Virus record (IMG/VR): IMGVR_UViG_3300028833_000093
Strand: one strand, 5' to 3'
Length of the DNA stretch: 64,000 bases
DNA from: an uncultured virus (IMG/VR IMGVR_UViG_3300028833_000093)
Lineage: Duplodnaviria > Heunggongvirae > Uroviricota > Caudoviricetes
Shown here: one piece after another, positions 18,591-28,471 of the stretch
Position numbering within the stretch: the stretch's first letter is position 1
How the letters are laid out: each line of letters opens with the position of its first letter
Notes under the pieces: model-generated
Seen by the model: the letters and a program-made list of their open reading frames with translations, nothing else
What the model was told of the DNA's origin: nothing
Database searches by the model: none
Program-made: the position numbers and the translations under genes

Positions 18591-20822
18591 TTTGTTAGTT
18601 AATACATATTCATCAGTAATTCCATTATTGGTCATTCTTGCATTAGCGAATATCTTATATGGTAATACTTCTGTACGTATTAAGTGTTCTGTGTCGTTGA
18701 TTTTGGTGTTTTTACAATATACTAAATTCATACCAATTATTGCACTTATGTTTTGCGTATATGCAGTTTGACCAGTAATCATCGGATCATACAATCCATA
18801 TAAAAGAAATTCTCTTTTCTTATCTCCAATGGTTAAACGGGTATACTTAATATTATTTTGTCTTGCTAAATTAGTTCTCGTACCATATTTCAATACCTCA
18901 TGTAATGTAATTGGGTCTTGTCCTGATATGGGTTTTATTCTAAAAAATCCATCCATCAAGTTTTTTACAGTAATCGGCATGATATAGGTACATCCATTTA
19001 ATGTTCTATCACAATATCTATTTGCAGCATCACTTGCATCGGAATATGAAGTATAAGGTGTTTCGTTATTCAGATATTCTAAACTATATTTTTGTTTATT
19101 GAAACTTTGTCCAGAATTATTGGTTATATTGTGATGTATTGCTCTCCATTTATTTGATGAACCGTGACTTCTACTGGTATATGAACGTTTTGCATAAAAC
19201 ACAATAGATAAGTATGGTTCATTTAATCGAACAAATTCCATATTATCACAATGTACACGAATACAAATCATTTTATCTCTTATACCATAGCTTTGATTTA
19301 TATCGTTATCCATTTGTTCACTATAAGAAGGAACTGTCTTTACTTCAAATGTAATATCGGTTTTCTTGAAAGTGGGTTTCCATTCTCTCCAGCTTTGTCC
19401 ATATATTTTCGTTCTTACATAATCTACATCTGAATTATACAAATGCTGAGTTGTTTTATTTCCTTCTTTTTTGATGGAGACATTGAATATAGTACAAATT
19501 CGTGATTCTTTATTGATAACTGGTAATGTATACTCCGCAGAAAGCACCAATGAATTCAGTACAGGTTCAACAGCACTTAATAATGGTATATATGCACCAC
19601 AATATAATGTAGTATTTGATGTATTGTTGTAATAAGTTATTCCATGAGTTGTGTTACAAAATACTTCCGGTAATCGTTTAGGCATATTCTGAGACAGCTC
19701 ATCTTCAGACAATAATACCATCACTCCTTCATTACCATCCCAAGTATATACATTTCCGTCATAGTCATTGATATAGAATATATTTTCTTGGAACTTATCT
19801 GTTTCATTGTATTCTTTATATACATTGTTTCCGGGTATTATATCTCCATCTAAATCGTCTAAGAAAAGTCTATAAACAGTATCTGGCTCTTGTGGGAAAT
19901 AGATTACTCGATTGTAAATTGGTGATGTTATCTGTACCCATTCACCACTATCATCTTCATAATCATATGTCCATTTATAAATAAGATATATATCATCACT
20001 ACTATATGCAATAAGAATTTTTCCTACCTCTCTTTGTGTAAGCTCTGGAAAACTTCCACTCTCGGGAGTATAATAATCAGCTCTCAAGAAGTGGACAGAA
20101 TTCGTTACAATACTACCATCGCCGTTATTTGTAGTGAATATCTCTTGTACAGGATCCCAATAATATAGTTCTGAAGTATTCGTAGACAAGTAGATTTTTT
20201 CAGTACTTGGCTCTCCTTGTTCCCATTGACCAGTAGTAGGATCTTGCTCGTCTTTCACATATACCCAAATCTCAGTCTTGTCTTGAGTAATAAATGGAAG
20301 TGATTTTGAAGCTAACAACCATTGATTTTCATACTCTGGTTCTTCTCCAGGCTCTGCAATATTCACTTTAGTGAGCACATAGAGTAATTGGTTTTCATTA
20401 TCATACCAGTAATCACCCAACATATAATCCTCTTCTTGGGGTTGCGTACTACTTACTATATTAGGTATTACTACATTGACTATACTGCTTTCAATTACTG
20501 CTTCCCCATCACTTGAGTTATCTAAAGTACCGAGTTTTTTGAGAGTTCCATCTCCTTGTATGATATATGCGTCATATAATCCTGTTTCATTATCTCCATT
20601 ACCTACAGTGCCTGCTTTGACACCAATAATCTGTCCCGCATATGCTTGAAGACCTAAGTATCGTTCATCTAAATCAGAGATGTCTCCTTTTGCATATTTG
20701 ATTGCATCATTTACAGATAGAAATAATGCACTCATATCTAAAGGCCATGCACCATTTCTCTTTAATGTCCCGGGTAATAAGACAGAAGGATTGAAATCAT
20801 ATGAATTATAATCTTTTGCCAT
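18567..20822 (-). CDS. multi-domain virion protein (paralog C): acidic N-terminal part, basic C-terminal domain
   Basis: N-terminus shared with 14246..14611; C-terminal SIVFYAKRS...NKWRAIHH resembles LLYMRS...NKWKGLH of paralog B. Confidence 0.85.
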   Translation of the reverse strand: MAKDYNSYDFNPSVLLPGTLKRNGAWPLDMSALFLSVNDAIKYAKGDISDLDERYLGLQAYAGQIIGVKAGTVGNGDNETGLYDAYIIQGDGTLKKLGTLDNSSDGEAVIESSIVNVVIPNIVSSTQPQEEDYMLGDYWYDNENQLLYVLTKVNIAEPGEEPEYENQWLLASKSLPFITQDKTEIWVYVKDEQDPTTGQWEQGEPSTEKIYLSTNTSELYYWDPVQEIFTTNNGDGSIVTNSVHFLRADYYTPESGSFPELTQREVGKILIAYSSDDIYLIYKWTYDYEDDSGEWVQITSPIYNRVIYFPQEPDTVYRLFLDDLDGDIIPGNNVYKEYNETDKFQENIFYINDYDGNVYTWDGNEGVMVLLSEDELSQNMPKRLPEVFCNTTHGITYYNNTSNTTLYCGAYIPLLSAVEPVLNSLVLSAEYTLPVINKESRICTIFNVSIKKEGNKTTQHLYNSDVDYVRTKIYGQSWREWKPTFKKTDITFEVKTVPSYSEQMDNDINQSYGIRDKMICIRVHCDNMEFVRLNEPYLSIVFYAKRSYTSRSHGSSNKWRAIHHNITNNSGQSFNKQKYSLEYLNNETPYTSYSDASDAANRYCDRTLNGCTYIMPITVKNLMDGFFRIKPISGQDPITLHEVLKYGTRTNLARQNNIKYTRLTIGDKKREFLLYGLYDPMITGQTAYTQNISAIIGMNLVYCKNTKINDTEHLIRTEVLPYKIFANARMTNNGITDEYVLTNKLVKVINW

Positions 20823-20845
20823 AAATAGTCATTTTTTATTCATTA

Positions 20846-23029
20846 TTAATGTGTAAAGAATGTTATATCGAATTTATTAGATGAATAAATTGCATCGGTA
20901 GTTAATCTTGGATATAAATACCAAATATAATAATCTACACCATCAATTACTACTCTAGATCTCCAATATGCGGTTTCTGATCCTACTTGACTTGTCCAAT
21001 CTCCCCAGTTTGGATCTTCTACCTTCAACCAATTATTATCTACAACTTGAGCGGTATTAAATGATGATTTAGGAGCGATAATAACCATTTGGCTTGGCTC
21101 TTGCAATTCAGCTGGGACTTGATGATCTGCCATTTGGAACTCAGACGAAGGAATAAATCGTTTTGTATAACCATCTACAATTCTATCTTCGCTATATCTT
21201 CTAAATGCAATAGTTGCATCGGATGGAATATCGGTTCCAACATATACATGGTCTGTTACAAATTGAGTAATATCATCATCCTCACTAAAATGTCTTGTAC
21301 TGCTTACTCCTATTGTACCAATATAGAATGGAACAATTGGCGCTTCTTTATATAGTAATCTTCTTAACACTTCATGTAATGTCATATTTGCAGGAACTTT
21401 ATCGCCGTAATCACTAAACAAATGTTCAGCTATTGCGCTATTTCCTAATAATGTACCGCCTAACGGAATATCGGATGCCACAAGTACATCCGTTGTATAG
21501 ACAGTTCCACCACCGCCGGTTCCTCCTTGAATACCGGAACCATCTATAGTGATTATTCTATCTCCATCTTCTTCACTTATGGTATTATCCACTTTAATAC
21601 CTCCTGCGCCTTGGAAAATCAATCTACCACCAAATGCAGTTTTACCGATAACAGGTGTAATACTCTTTAAGCTATATTGTTCTGTTTCTCTTGTGAAAAT
21701 CGGCATCCAAGTGTTTGCAGAGAACATTCTATTGTGTGTCCAAATAAAGCGTGCTCCGGGGGTGTATTCAGGATTGCTGAATGCTTGGGCATCTGTAAAT
21801 GTTTGCCAACCCATTGCAGTTTCTTTTCTTAAACTACCACATGTGATAAATACAATGGAATCCTCTGAAATAATATCTTTTGCCGAATCTTTAATCTTCA
21901 TGTAAGGTTCGTTTAATTTCGGTTCAAAATATTCTTGCAAGCATTCAATATAAACAAATTTCTTTGCTTCTGTGTCGTTTGGATCACTTTCATTTCTATC
22001 ATCATCTTCCGCATACCAATCTACACGGTCTGCATTACCTTTGTAATGAATAGTGATTACTTTATCATCAGCACAGTTAGCAGAGAAATTACCTTCTACC
22101 TCTATTGTATTGGGTTTAATTGAAGCGGTTCCGGTAATAGTGCTTTCAACTTCTTCTGTTTCTTGGTCATCTCTTGGTAGAGGATTATCTGTATGAACTT
22201 CCTCGTTCGGTGTTTCAATAGTCAACAATCCATCATAAATAGGTAATTCAGGTTGGTCGGGTGTGAAATTCAAATGCTCTTGGAAATACTCCAATGAATT
22301 TTCTTGGAAGTATTGCAATGAATGCTCTTGAATATATGGAAGCGCATCATCAATAGAAAAGTTGTATTTTACAGACAATTGCTTTAATGTTAAATCATAC
22401 TCTGATGAAACATTAGTATAATCACCACCTTTATAATTGATAGTAAATGGCTCCTGAGCATAAACTGGTTCATAATCATTCAACACATCGCTTCTTACAT
22501 CTAAGAACTCGGTTTCATTGGAAGGTTCTACATCACCGCTTCCTGAACCAGATCCTTCTTCATAGACAATCTTTGTATAAATATATTCTTGGTTCTCCTC
22601 ATCCAACTCTCTGAATACCGTTATTGTATACGTATCATAATCATAAGTATATTCGTCTCGGTTAATGAGTTCGTCCCAACCTCCGTAATCTATATCTAAT
22701 ACAGATTGACCATTCACATAAATCGGTCTCCATGTATTGGTATCGGTTGGTTCATCGCCTCCGTTCTCTGGACTGCCACACAAAGAAAACACATCATTTT
22801 GAGCTACGATAAATCGGTCGTTCTCTCTTATGAGGTGGTCGGTAATATATTTGCCGGCGTCTTCAGAGTCAGCTGTTAAAAAACAAATGGTGTTATGATT
22901 TATAAAATCTTCAGCGTGAGGGTTTTCAATAACATAATATGCTATTATTGTATCATCAACAGTTTTGTAATCTACAGAATATATATTATGCAAGCCTGCA
23001 ACCGCTGCAAACTTTTTAGCTTTTGCCAT
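20846..23029 (-). CDS. acidic putative virion structural protein
   Basis: 727 aa; N-terminal module resembles that of 24297..25490 and recurs internally; late motif at 23056-23063. Confidence 0.75.
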   Translation of the reverse strand: MAKAKKFAAVAGLHNIYSVDYKTVDDTIIAYYVIENPHAEDFINHNTICFLTADSEDAGKYITDHLIRENDRFIVAQNDVFSLCGSPENGGDEPTDTNTWRPIYVNGQSVLDIDYGGWDELINRDEYTYDYDTYTITVFRELDEENQEYIYTKIVYEEGSGSGSGDVEPSNETEFLDVRSDVLNDYEPVYAQEPFTINYKGGDYTNVSSEYDLTLKQLSVKYNFSIDDALPYIQEHSLQYFQENSLEYFQEHLNFTPDQPELPIYDGLLTIETPNEEVHTDNPLPRDDQETEEVESTITGTASIKPNTIEVEGNFSANCADDKVITIHYKGNADRVDWYAEDDDRNESDPNDTEAKKFVYIECLQEYFEPKLNEPYMKIKDSAKDIISEDSIVFITCGSLRKETAMGWQTFTDAQAFSNPEYTPGARFIWTHNRMFSANTWMPIFTRETEQYSLKSITPVIGKTAFGGRLIFQGAGGIKVDNTISEEDGDRIITIDGSGIQGGTGGGGTVYTTDVLVASDIPLGGTLLGNSAIAEHLFSDYGDKVPANMTLHEVLRRLLYKEAPIVPFYIGTIGVSSTRHFSEDDDITQFVTDHVYVGTDIPSDATIAFRRYSEDRIVDGYTKRFIPSSEFQMADHQVPAELQEPSQMVIIAPKSSFNTAQVVDNNWLKVEDPNWGDWTSQVGSETAYWRSRVVIDGVDYYIWYLYPRLTTDAIYSSNKFDITFFTH

Positions 23030-23136
23030 AAAATCTCTATATTTTTACTTATTCTAATAATAAAATAAATAGCTGTTCATTTACATAAAAATTGGGTAAT
23101 CATATTGACTACCCAGTTCCAATGTAATTTTGTTTG

Positions 23137-23304
23137 TTAAGCTAACTTTATTGCGTCTTGTGGACAGTTATCTAAACAGGTTCGACATTCTGTACACACA
23201 TCTGGATCAATTTGATAGATTTCTCCTTCAGTGATTGCTCCCATCGGACAGTTCTCAGCACATGTTCCACAAGCGACACAGTCTTTAGTAATTTTATATG
23301 CCAT
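23137..23304 (-). CDS. 2[4Fe-4S] ferredoxin, 55 aa (not in the ORF track)
   Basis: MAYKITKDCVACGTCAENCPMGAITEGEIYQIDPDVCTECRTCLDNCPQDAIKLA: two CxxCxxCxxxCP motifs. Confidence 0.95.
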   Translation of the reverse strand: MAYKITKDCVACGTCAENCPMGAITEGEIYQIDPDVCTECRTCLDNCPQDAIKLA

Positions 23305-23320
23305 ATCTATTCATTGTTTT

Positions 23321-23461
23321 TTATACTCTTCCTTGTCCACGATAAGCTTTCTTGTAGTTTTTAGATGATTTCAAACGAGATGTTTTCTTTTTTGAATGTA
23401 CACCAGGTCTTTTGATTGTCGGATGATCTACATAGCTTACACTTGCGATTGCCTTTGCCAT
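23321..23461 (-). CDS. 46-aa very basic protein ending YRGQGR (not in the ORF track)
   Basis: MAKAIASVSYVDHPTIKRPGVHSKKKTSRLKSSKNYKKAYRGQGRV; resembles small YRGQG proteins of T4-like phages. Confidence 0.8.
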   Translation of the reverse strand: MAKAIASVSYVDHPTIKRPGVHSKKKTSRLKSSKNYKKAYRGQGRV

Positions 23462-23487
23462 ATTATATCATTGTTTTTTTGTAATTA

Positions 23488-24279
23488 TCAAATTGCTGAT
23501 TCTAATACAGCAATTCTCGTTTCTAATTCTTGTATTCTTTGTTCTAATGCTTGTGTACTAGGAATATAGATGGTGGTAGAAACTCCATCAATAGTGATTG
23601 TACCTATATTAAAATCTGTTCCTTGATAATTTTGTGTATAAGTTACCATAGAACCGGTAACCCCTTGTGGACCAATTCCTCCATGTGGTCCTTCAGGTCC
23701 TCTCTCACCGGTAACACCTTGATAACCTTGTGGACCACGAACACCACCTCGTCCAGGTAGTCCAGTAACACCTTGAATACCAACGCCTGTAACACCTTGT
23801 GGACCTTTTATCTCGCCGGAATCATGAAATTCACGTGGACTAAGAGATTCAAGAATTTGTAAGTGCCCATTATCATCTATATAGCAATCACCGATATATG
23901 TACAGTCAGATTCCGTTGCTTTTATTGCTATCGATGTTCCCGCTTCTCCTTTAGGACCTGTCACCCCTTGAGGACCAATCTCACCGGTGATTCCTTGTGG
24001 TCCTGTTGCTCCGATAGCACCGGTAACACCTATAGCGCCTGTAGCACCAGTAGCACCGCATAAATCCTCTATAGAATAATCGCTTTCAACAACACCGCCA
24101 GTAGCCCCGGCTACAATTATTTTTCCAACCGTGACACCTGTAACACCGGTCTGTCTAAATAAATCTTCATTATTGACGACATCTTTCAATATCCCTTGTA
24201 ACTCATCTCCAGTGATGAGCTGTTGTGGATTAGTATATATTCTATCTTCAATCTCTTGTATGATTTCTTGTGTATTCAT
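23488..24279 (-). CDS. collagen-like fibre protein
   Basis: Gly-X-Y runs (GATGATGAIGVTG, GPQGVTG) and a C-terminal coiled coil. Confidence 0.85.
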   Translation of the reverse strand: MNTQEIIQEIEDRIYTNPQQLITGDELQGILKDVVNNEDLFRQTGVTGVTVGKIIVAGATGGVVESDYSIEDLCGATGATGAIGVTGAIGATGPQGITGEIGPQGVTGPKGEAGTSIAIKATESDCTYIGDCYIDDNGHLQILESLSPREFHDSGEIKGPQGVTGVGIQGVTGLPGRGGVRGPQGYQGVTGERGPEGPHGGIGPQGVTGSMVTYTQNYQGTDFNIGTITIDGVSTTIYIPSTQALEQRIQELETRIAVLESAI

Positions 24280-24296
24280 TCTTAATCAATATATTT

Positions 24297-25490
24297 TTAT
24301 TCTCCTGGACCTGAACCTTGTTCCTCAATACAATATGTCCAGTATGCCTCGCCGGTTACAGGATATGTCTGATAAGCATTTATTAAATAATTACTTGGAT
24401 TACTACCTATTGGATAAGTGTTTTGGGAATATAATTCGGTATATTCCTGTTCTGCATAAGATAAATTACCATCTAATATAATTGGTTCATCATCTATATA
24501 AACTTCAGCAGGAGGTAATGGAGTGATATCTTCATCAATATCGAAAGAAGGATTATAGCTATTATCGTAACTGCTATATCTATCTCCAACAAAGCACCAG
24601 TCTTCATTCAAAACAGAGTGAATATCAGATAGCTTATAATCTGGATTTGATTTATCAGGTCCACAAACAACATCTGTCAAAGCATACACTTTTCCATCAT
24701 AACCAATAGTAAATATGTTTTTTCTATTGTTATCATCATTACCATTACCGATAATAAAAATCGCACTGGTATCTAACGCAGCAAATTTTCCTTGAACGTG
24801 TTGATTGTTTGCTGATGAGAAATTCCCAGTTCCTTCAACATGTGAATTTGTTACACCATAATTCGCATAGTTTTCATCGGGGTTCTCAATAAAGTTTTTA
24901 TCGCTATCAATAGACAATCCTTTTAATTTAATCGTTGGAATATCATCTTCAGATTCGATTACAATTGGATATTCTGCACCGTAACCCAATCCAGATTCTC
25001 CCGGTTCAATTGTTTGTTTTGAACCATCGCTGTATGTAATGATAAATTCTCTGTTTTGAGTGAATTCAATTTCAGTCACCGAATTGGTAGGCGTAACACA
25101 ATATAAATTGCCTCTACTCCATATCATCGTATCACCTTCTTTTATACGATGACGTTTTTGTATCTCTTCTGGAACCTCTTCCTCGGCATCTTCGTATTCA
25201 TATTCATCTGAACTTGAATCCGAATCTTCATCTTGTTCCAAGACCCCGATATTTACATATCTATATCCTTCCTCTTCTGTTCCTTCGTCTTCCTTGCTGG
25301 CAATAATAAATAGAATGGTATGTTCATCAATATTTTTAATACCAATACTTTCTAAATCTTCAGCAGGTTCCAAACCAGATGTTGTGGTATTATAAACTTT
25401 TATAGTATCGGTTTCTATATTGAGATCTTCTAATTGGAATACCCCATTTAACCCGTTTAACTTATAAAATTTTCTTGTAGTTAAAGACAT
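24297..25490 (-). CDS. putative virion fibre/structural protein with a YadA-head-like segment
   Basis: SHVEGTGNFSSANNQHVQGKF...IFIIGNG...RKNIF; late motif at 25516-25523. Confidence 0.7.
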   Translation of the reverse strand: MSLTTRKFYKLNGLNGVFQLEDLNIETDTIKVYNTTTSGLEPAEDLESIGIKNIDEHTILFIIASKEDEGTEEEGYRYVNIGVLEQDEDSDSSSDEYEYEDAEEEVPEEIQKRHRIKEGDTMIWSRGNLYCVTPTNSVTEIEFTQNREFIITYSDGSKQTIEPGESGLGYGAEYPIVIESEDDIPTIKLKGLSIDSDKNFIENPDENYANYGVTNSHVEGTGNFSSANNQHVQGKFAALDTSAIFIIGNGNDDNNRKNIFTIGYDGKVYALTDVVCGPDKSNPDYKLSDIHSVLNEDWCFVGDRYSSYDNSYNPSFDIDEDITPLPPAEVYIDDEPIILDGNLSYAEQEYTELYSQNTYPIGSNPSNYLINAYQTYPVTGEAYWTYCIEEQGSGPGE

Positions 25491-25584
25491 AAGTTTCTAC
25501 TAATTTACTTATTTCAATAATAAAAATCGAAGGAACAAAATTTATATCTATTTAAGTTTTGATAAAATAGAGTGGTTTGATTAT

Positions 25585-25592
25585 TTATTATT
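25585..25592 (+). promoter_or_regulatory. candidate late promoter TTATTATT
   Basis: 28 nt before the ATG at 25621; similar spacing before many structural genes. Confidence 0.5.
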
Positions 25593-25620
25593 ATTACAAA
25601 TTAAGTTAAAATATAAGAAA

Positions 25621-27213
25621 ATGGCACAAGGTAAATGTAGTCTTTTGAAACCTGTTGATAGTTTGACTGGAACATTTTTTGTGTTTTCCCAATATGCTCA
25701 AGATTTGACAAAACAATACTCAAATCCTGATAGTTACCGATGTGTACCAAGCAAATTCGTAGCAATGAACTTGGATTACACCCCAGTTTCTACAGGACAA
25801 GACGAGATTGATACAGCAGAATCCGCAGCAGTGTTAGGAGAGATATTCCAAAACTATTTTGAGAATGCTTGTACCTACTTAAGAGGCAAGTATTTCGATA
25901 GTGAAAATCAAACTGACAGCTGGAACCCTGAATATACAAGAACTTTATTATTCCAAACCTTAGAAAAATATCAGCTTTTAACTCACGAATCTACGATTGC
26001 CGACGTATCTGCCACAACGAATGGTTCAGAATCTGCTACCTATGGTGATGTGTCAGCTATTTCTAAGAATATTCAATACATTGGTGATATCAATATATAT
26101 TCATATGATGACACCGTAGGTGGAGTTGGTTATAACGAAATATATTGTTATATTCCGAATGAAGCTAAATGTATAGACTATCAATTACATGCCGTTCCTT
26201 TTGAACAAGCATATACCTATCCGTTTAGTTATATTTGTGGATATGAAGGACAAACATCTTATAACCATCTTACCTGGCTAGTTGATGATGTCTCTTCAAA
26301 TAAACCACCATATATTGATAAAGATGGAGCGATTAATTGTTACGGTATAGGCAAATACACTGGCGAATCATATAATGTCGCAACTCTTGTTCCTCTTTGT
26401 TTGGAAGACGATAATTCAGATGATAAACCTAGAAAAATCAATACTGGAACAGAAGAAGAACCGGTATATGTAGATGTAGATAAATTCGATGTAAATACAA
26501 TCCTTGTTTTGTATGATATCGTCCGTAAAGATGATAACGGTGGACAAATTACTATATATAAAAATGTTCCGTTAGGCATTTACTTCACAGGATCCTTGGA
26601 TGAAAATCTTGTAATGAGCAATACGGTTGTTAAGTATGTAAACTCAGAACAGATATATAATCAAGGTACTTCATATGGTTTGCGAGTTTGTACTCGTTTC
26701 TTGAGCACACCGAATTCTACCGAACCTATTGAAGTAACCGCCACAGGCTCATCTAATGTATCAATGATGGCTCCGGTTCTCGAGAAAATGGGCGAGACCT
26801 TGATGGCAGTAGAAGATATATTAGATGACAAAGATGCAATGTATCAAATGATTAAAGATCATTTGGCACAATTCAAAAACAATAAGGTAAATGTTCCTTA
26901 TGTGCGTCAGCTTGGAAACAAAAAATACTGGTTTGTCAATGGTAAGAATACGGGGGCAATCGCTCAATATGAATATTCAGACCCCGAAGATATTGTTGCA
27001 AGAGCCATCCAAGAAATATTAGCAAATGTGTATACTAAGAACCAAATTGTTGACATTATGAGAAACTATGTAACAATAAACGAGTTCAATGATGCACTAC
27101 AGAACTTTACTACCGTATCCTATGTAGACCAACAAATCGCTGCTCTAGAAAAGAAACTGTTAATCTACTTACAAGGAGTTGAGGAGTCAGAAGATTCCGG
27201 AACAGGCGAATAA
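25621..27213 (+). CDS. hypothetical protein, probably structural
   Basis: 530-aa ORF with the late motif and a downstream terminator. Confidence 0.75.
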   Translation: MAQGKCSLLKPVDSLTGTFFVFSQYAQDLTKQYSNPDSYRCVPSKFVAMNLDYTPVSTGQDEIDTAESAAVLGEIFQNYFENACTYLRGKYFDSENQTDSWNPEYTRTLLFQTLEKYQLLTHESTIADVSATTNGSESATYGDVSAISKNIQYIGDINIYSYDDTVGGVGYNEIYCYIPNEAKCIDYQLHAVPFEQAYTYPFSYICGYEGQTSYNHLTWLVDDVSSNKPPYIDKDGAINCYGIGKYTGESYNVATLVPLCLEDDNSDDKPRKINTGTEEEPVYVDVDKFDVNTILVLYDIVRKDDNGGQITIYKNVPLGIYFTGSLDENLVMSNTVVKYVNSEQIYNQGTSYGLRVCTRFLSTPNSTEPIEVTATGSSNVSMMAPVLEKMGETLMAVEDILDDKDAMYQMIKDHLAQFKNNKVNVPYVRQLGNKKYWFVNGKNTGAIAQYEYSDPEDIVARAIQEILANVYTKNQIVDIMRNYVTINEFNDALQNFTTVSYVDQQIAALEKKLLIYLQGVEESEDSGTGE

Positions 27214-27230
27214 AAATAGATACCAAATAA

Positions 27231-27260
27231 AAAAGAGACACAAGAAATTGTGTCTCTTTT
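27231..27260. terminator. bidirectional intrinsic terminator
   Basis: AAAAGAGACACAA-GAAA-TTGTGTCTCTTTT. Confidence 0.8.
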
Positions 27261-27264
27261 GTTT

Positions 27265-28371
27265 TTAGAATGGCATATTGTCTACGCCTTCAAATATATC
27301 TTCAACATTTTGCTGTTCTAATGGATGTTTACAAAGCATCCGATAATTGCTCTTGATATATGATAAGTCGTAGTCTTTATATTCGACTTCATTCATCTTA
27401 TCTTTTATCTCTGGAGGAATTACATTATCATTCAGCCAAACCATAATACGGTTGTAATCGAACATTTCACGTGCGTGCGATATATTAATATTGTGTTTAG
27501 CGTATTTGCCATATTTAGCAATAGACTCACATATCATATCACGCTTGTTAAAGAAATCGTCTAATGATTCGATATCCAGTCCTGCTTTTACTTTATGCCA
27601 ATCTGCTTCAGATACACGATATGTTTTCTCCTTCTGTTCAATGCGGATTATAGATTTGATATTATCTCCTTTATCACCACATATTATTTTATCTTCAACA
27701 ATATCAGCAGGGTCAATATAGGTAACAGCTTTCGCTAATGCACGAATATCATCTAATGTCTTATTCGATTTGTCTAATTGCATAAACATATCAATATCAT
27801 CAATCGGTGTATCATCTAAGTCTTTGTGCAATACAAGACCCGGTAGACCACCTTTCTGAGACTCGTTCAACCAAGCAGTAAAAGCACCACCTTGTACTTG
27901 TACGAGTTGTTTCAAGTCCGCATCCGAAGACCAAATAATACAATTGATACCTTGATTATTCAATTTTCTAGACCAATGCTGGATCCAATCATCACCTTCC
28001 ACTCCGTATGCTTTACAAGCAGTGATACCGAGGGAGTTTGCCATTTCGAGTATATCTTCTAATGCCTGATATACATAATTCCAGTCAACTTCAGAGTCCT
28101 TGATACGATTACCTTTATAAACCTCATAGAAGAATTTTGGTTTTTCAACACCTTTTCTCCAAGAACCTCCATCAGCAACCAGTATGATATTATTTACTAT
28201 ACCATCATACTTATTGATAATGAGATTGATAGAACGACAAAGCAAGTCCTCTAGCTCTGCTGTTCCGTTCTGTTTCTCTTCGTCATCGTTCTGGACATTG
28301 AAATACGACTTTACTGCAAAAAGTCTGCTCATTAGCAGCCAGTTGCCATCAATTAAAAGTGTAGTATTCAT
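27265..28371 (-). CDS. rnh: T4 RNase H-like 5'-3' exonuclease (FEN family)
   Basis: LIDGN, DGGSWR, YKGNR, EGDD, SSDADLKQL and GDKGDNI motifs. Confidence 0.9.
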   Translation of the reverse strand: MNTTLLIDGNWLLMSRLFAVKSYFNVQNDDEEKQNGTAELEDLLCRSINLIINKYDGIVNNIILVADGGSWRKGVEKPKFFYEVYKGNRIKDSEVDWNYVYQALEDILEMANSLGITACKAYGVEGDDWIQHWSRKLNNQGINCIIWSSDADLKQLVQVQGGAFTAWLNESQKGGLPGLVLHKDLDDTPIDDIDMFMQLDKSNKTLDDIRALAKAVTYIDPADIVEDKIICGDKGDNIKSIIRIEQKEKTYRVSEADWHKVKAGLDIESLDDFFNKRDMICESIAKYGKYAKHNINISHAREMFDYNRIMVWLNDNVIPPEIKDKMNEVEYKDYDLSYIKSNYRMLCKHPLEQQNVEDIFEGVDNMPF

Positions 28372-28471
28372 AGTGCATAAATATAGCAAAAATATTTAAG
28401 AATTTAACCATTTAAAAATGTTTTGCTGGGGGATTTATTATTTAATGGAATTGAAATAACGATAAAATAAT

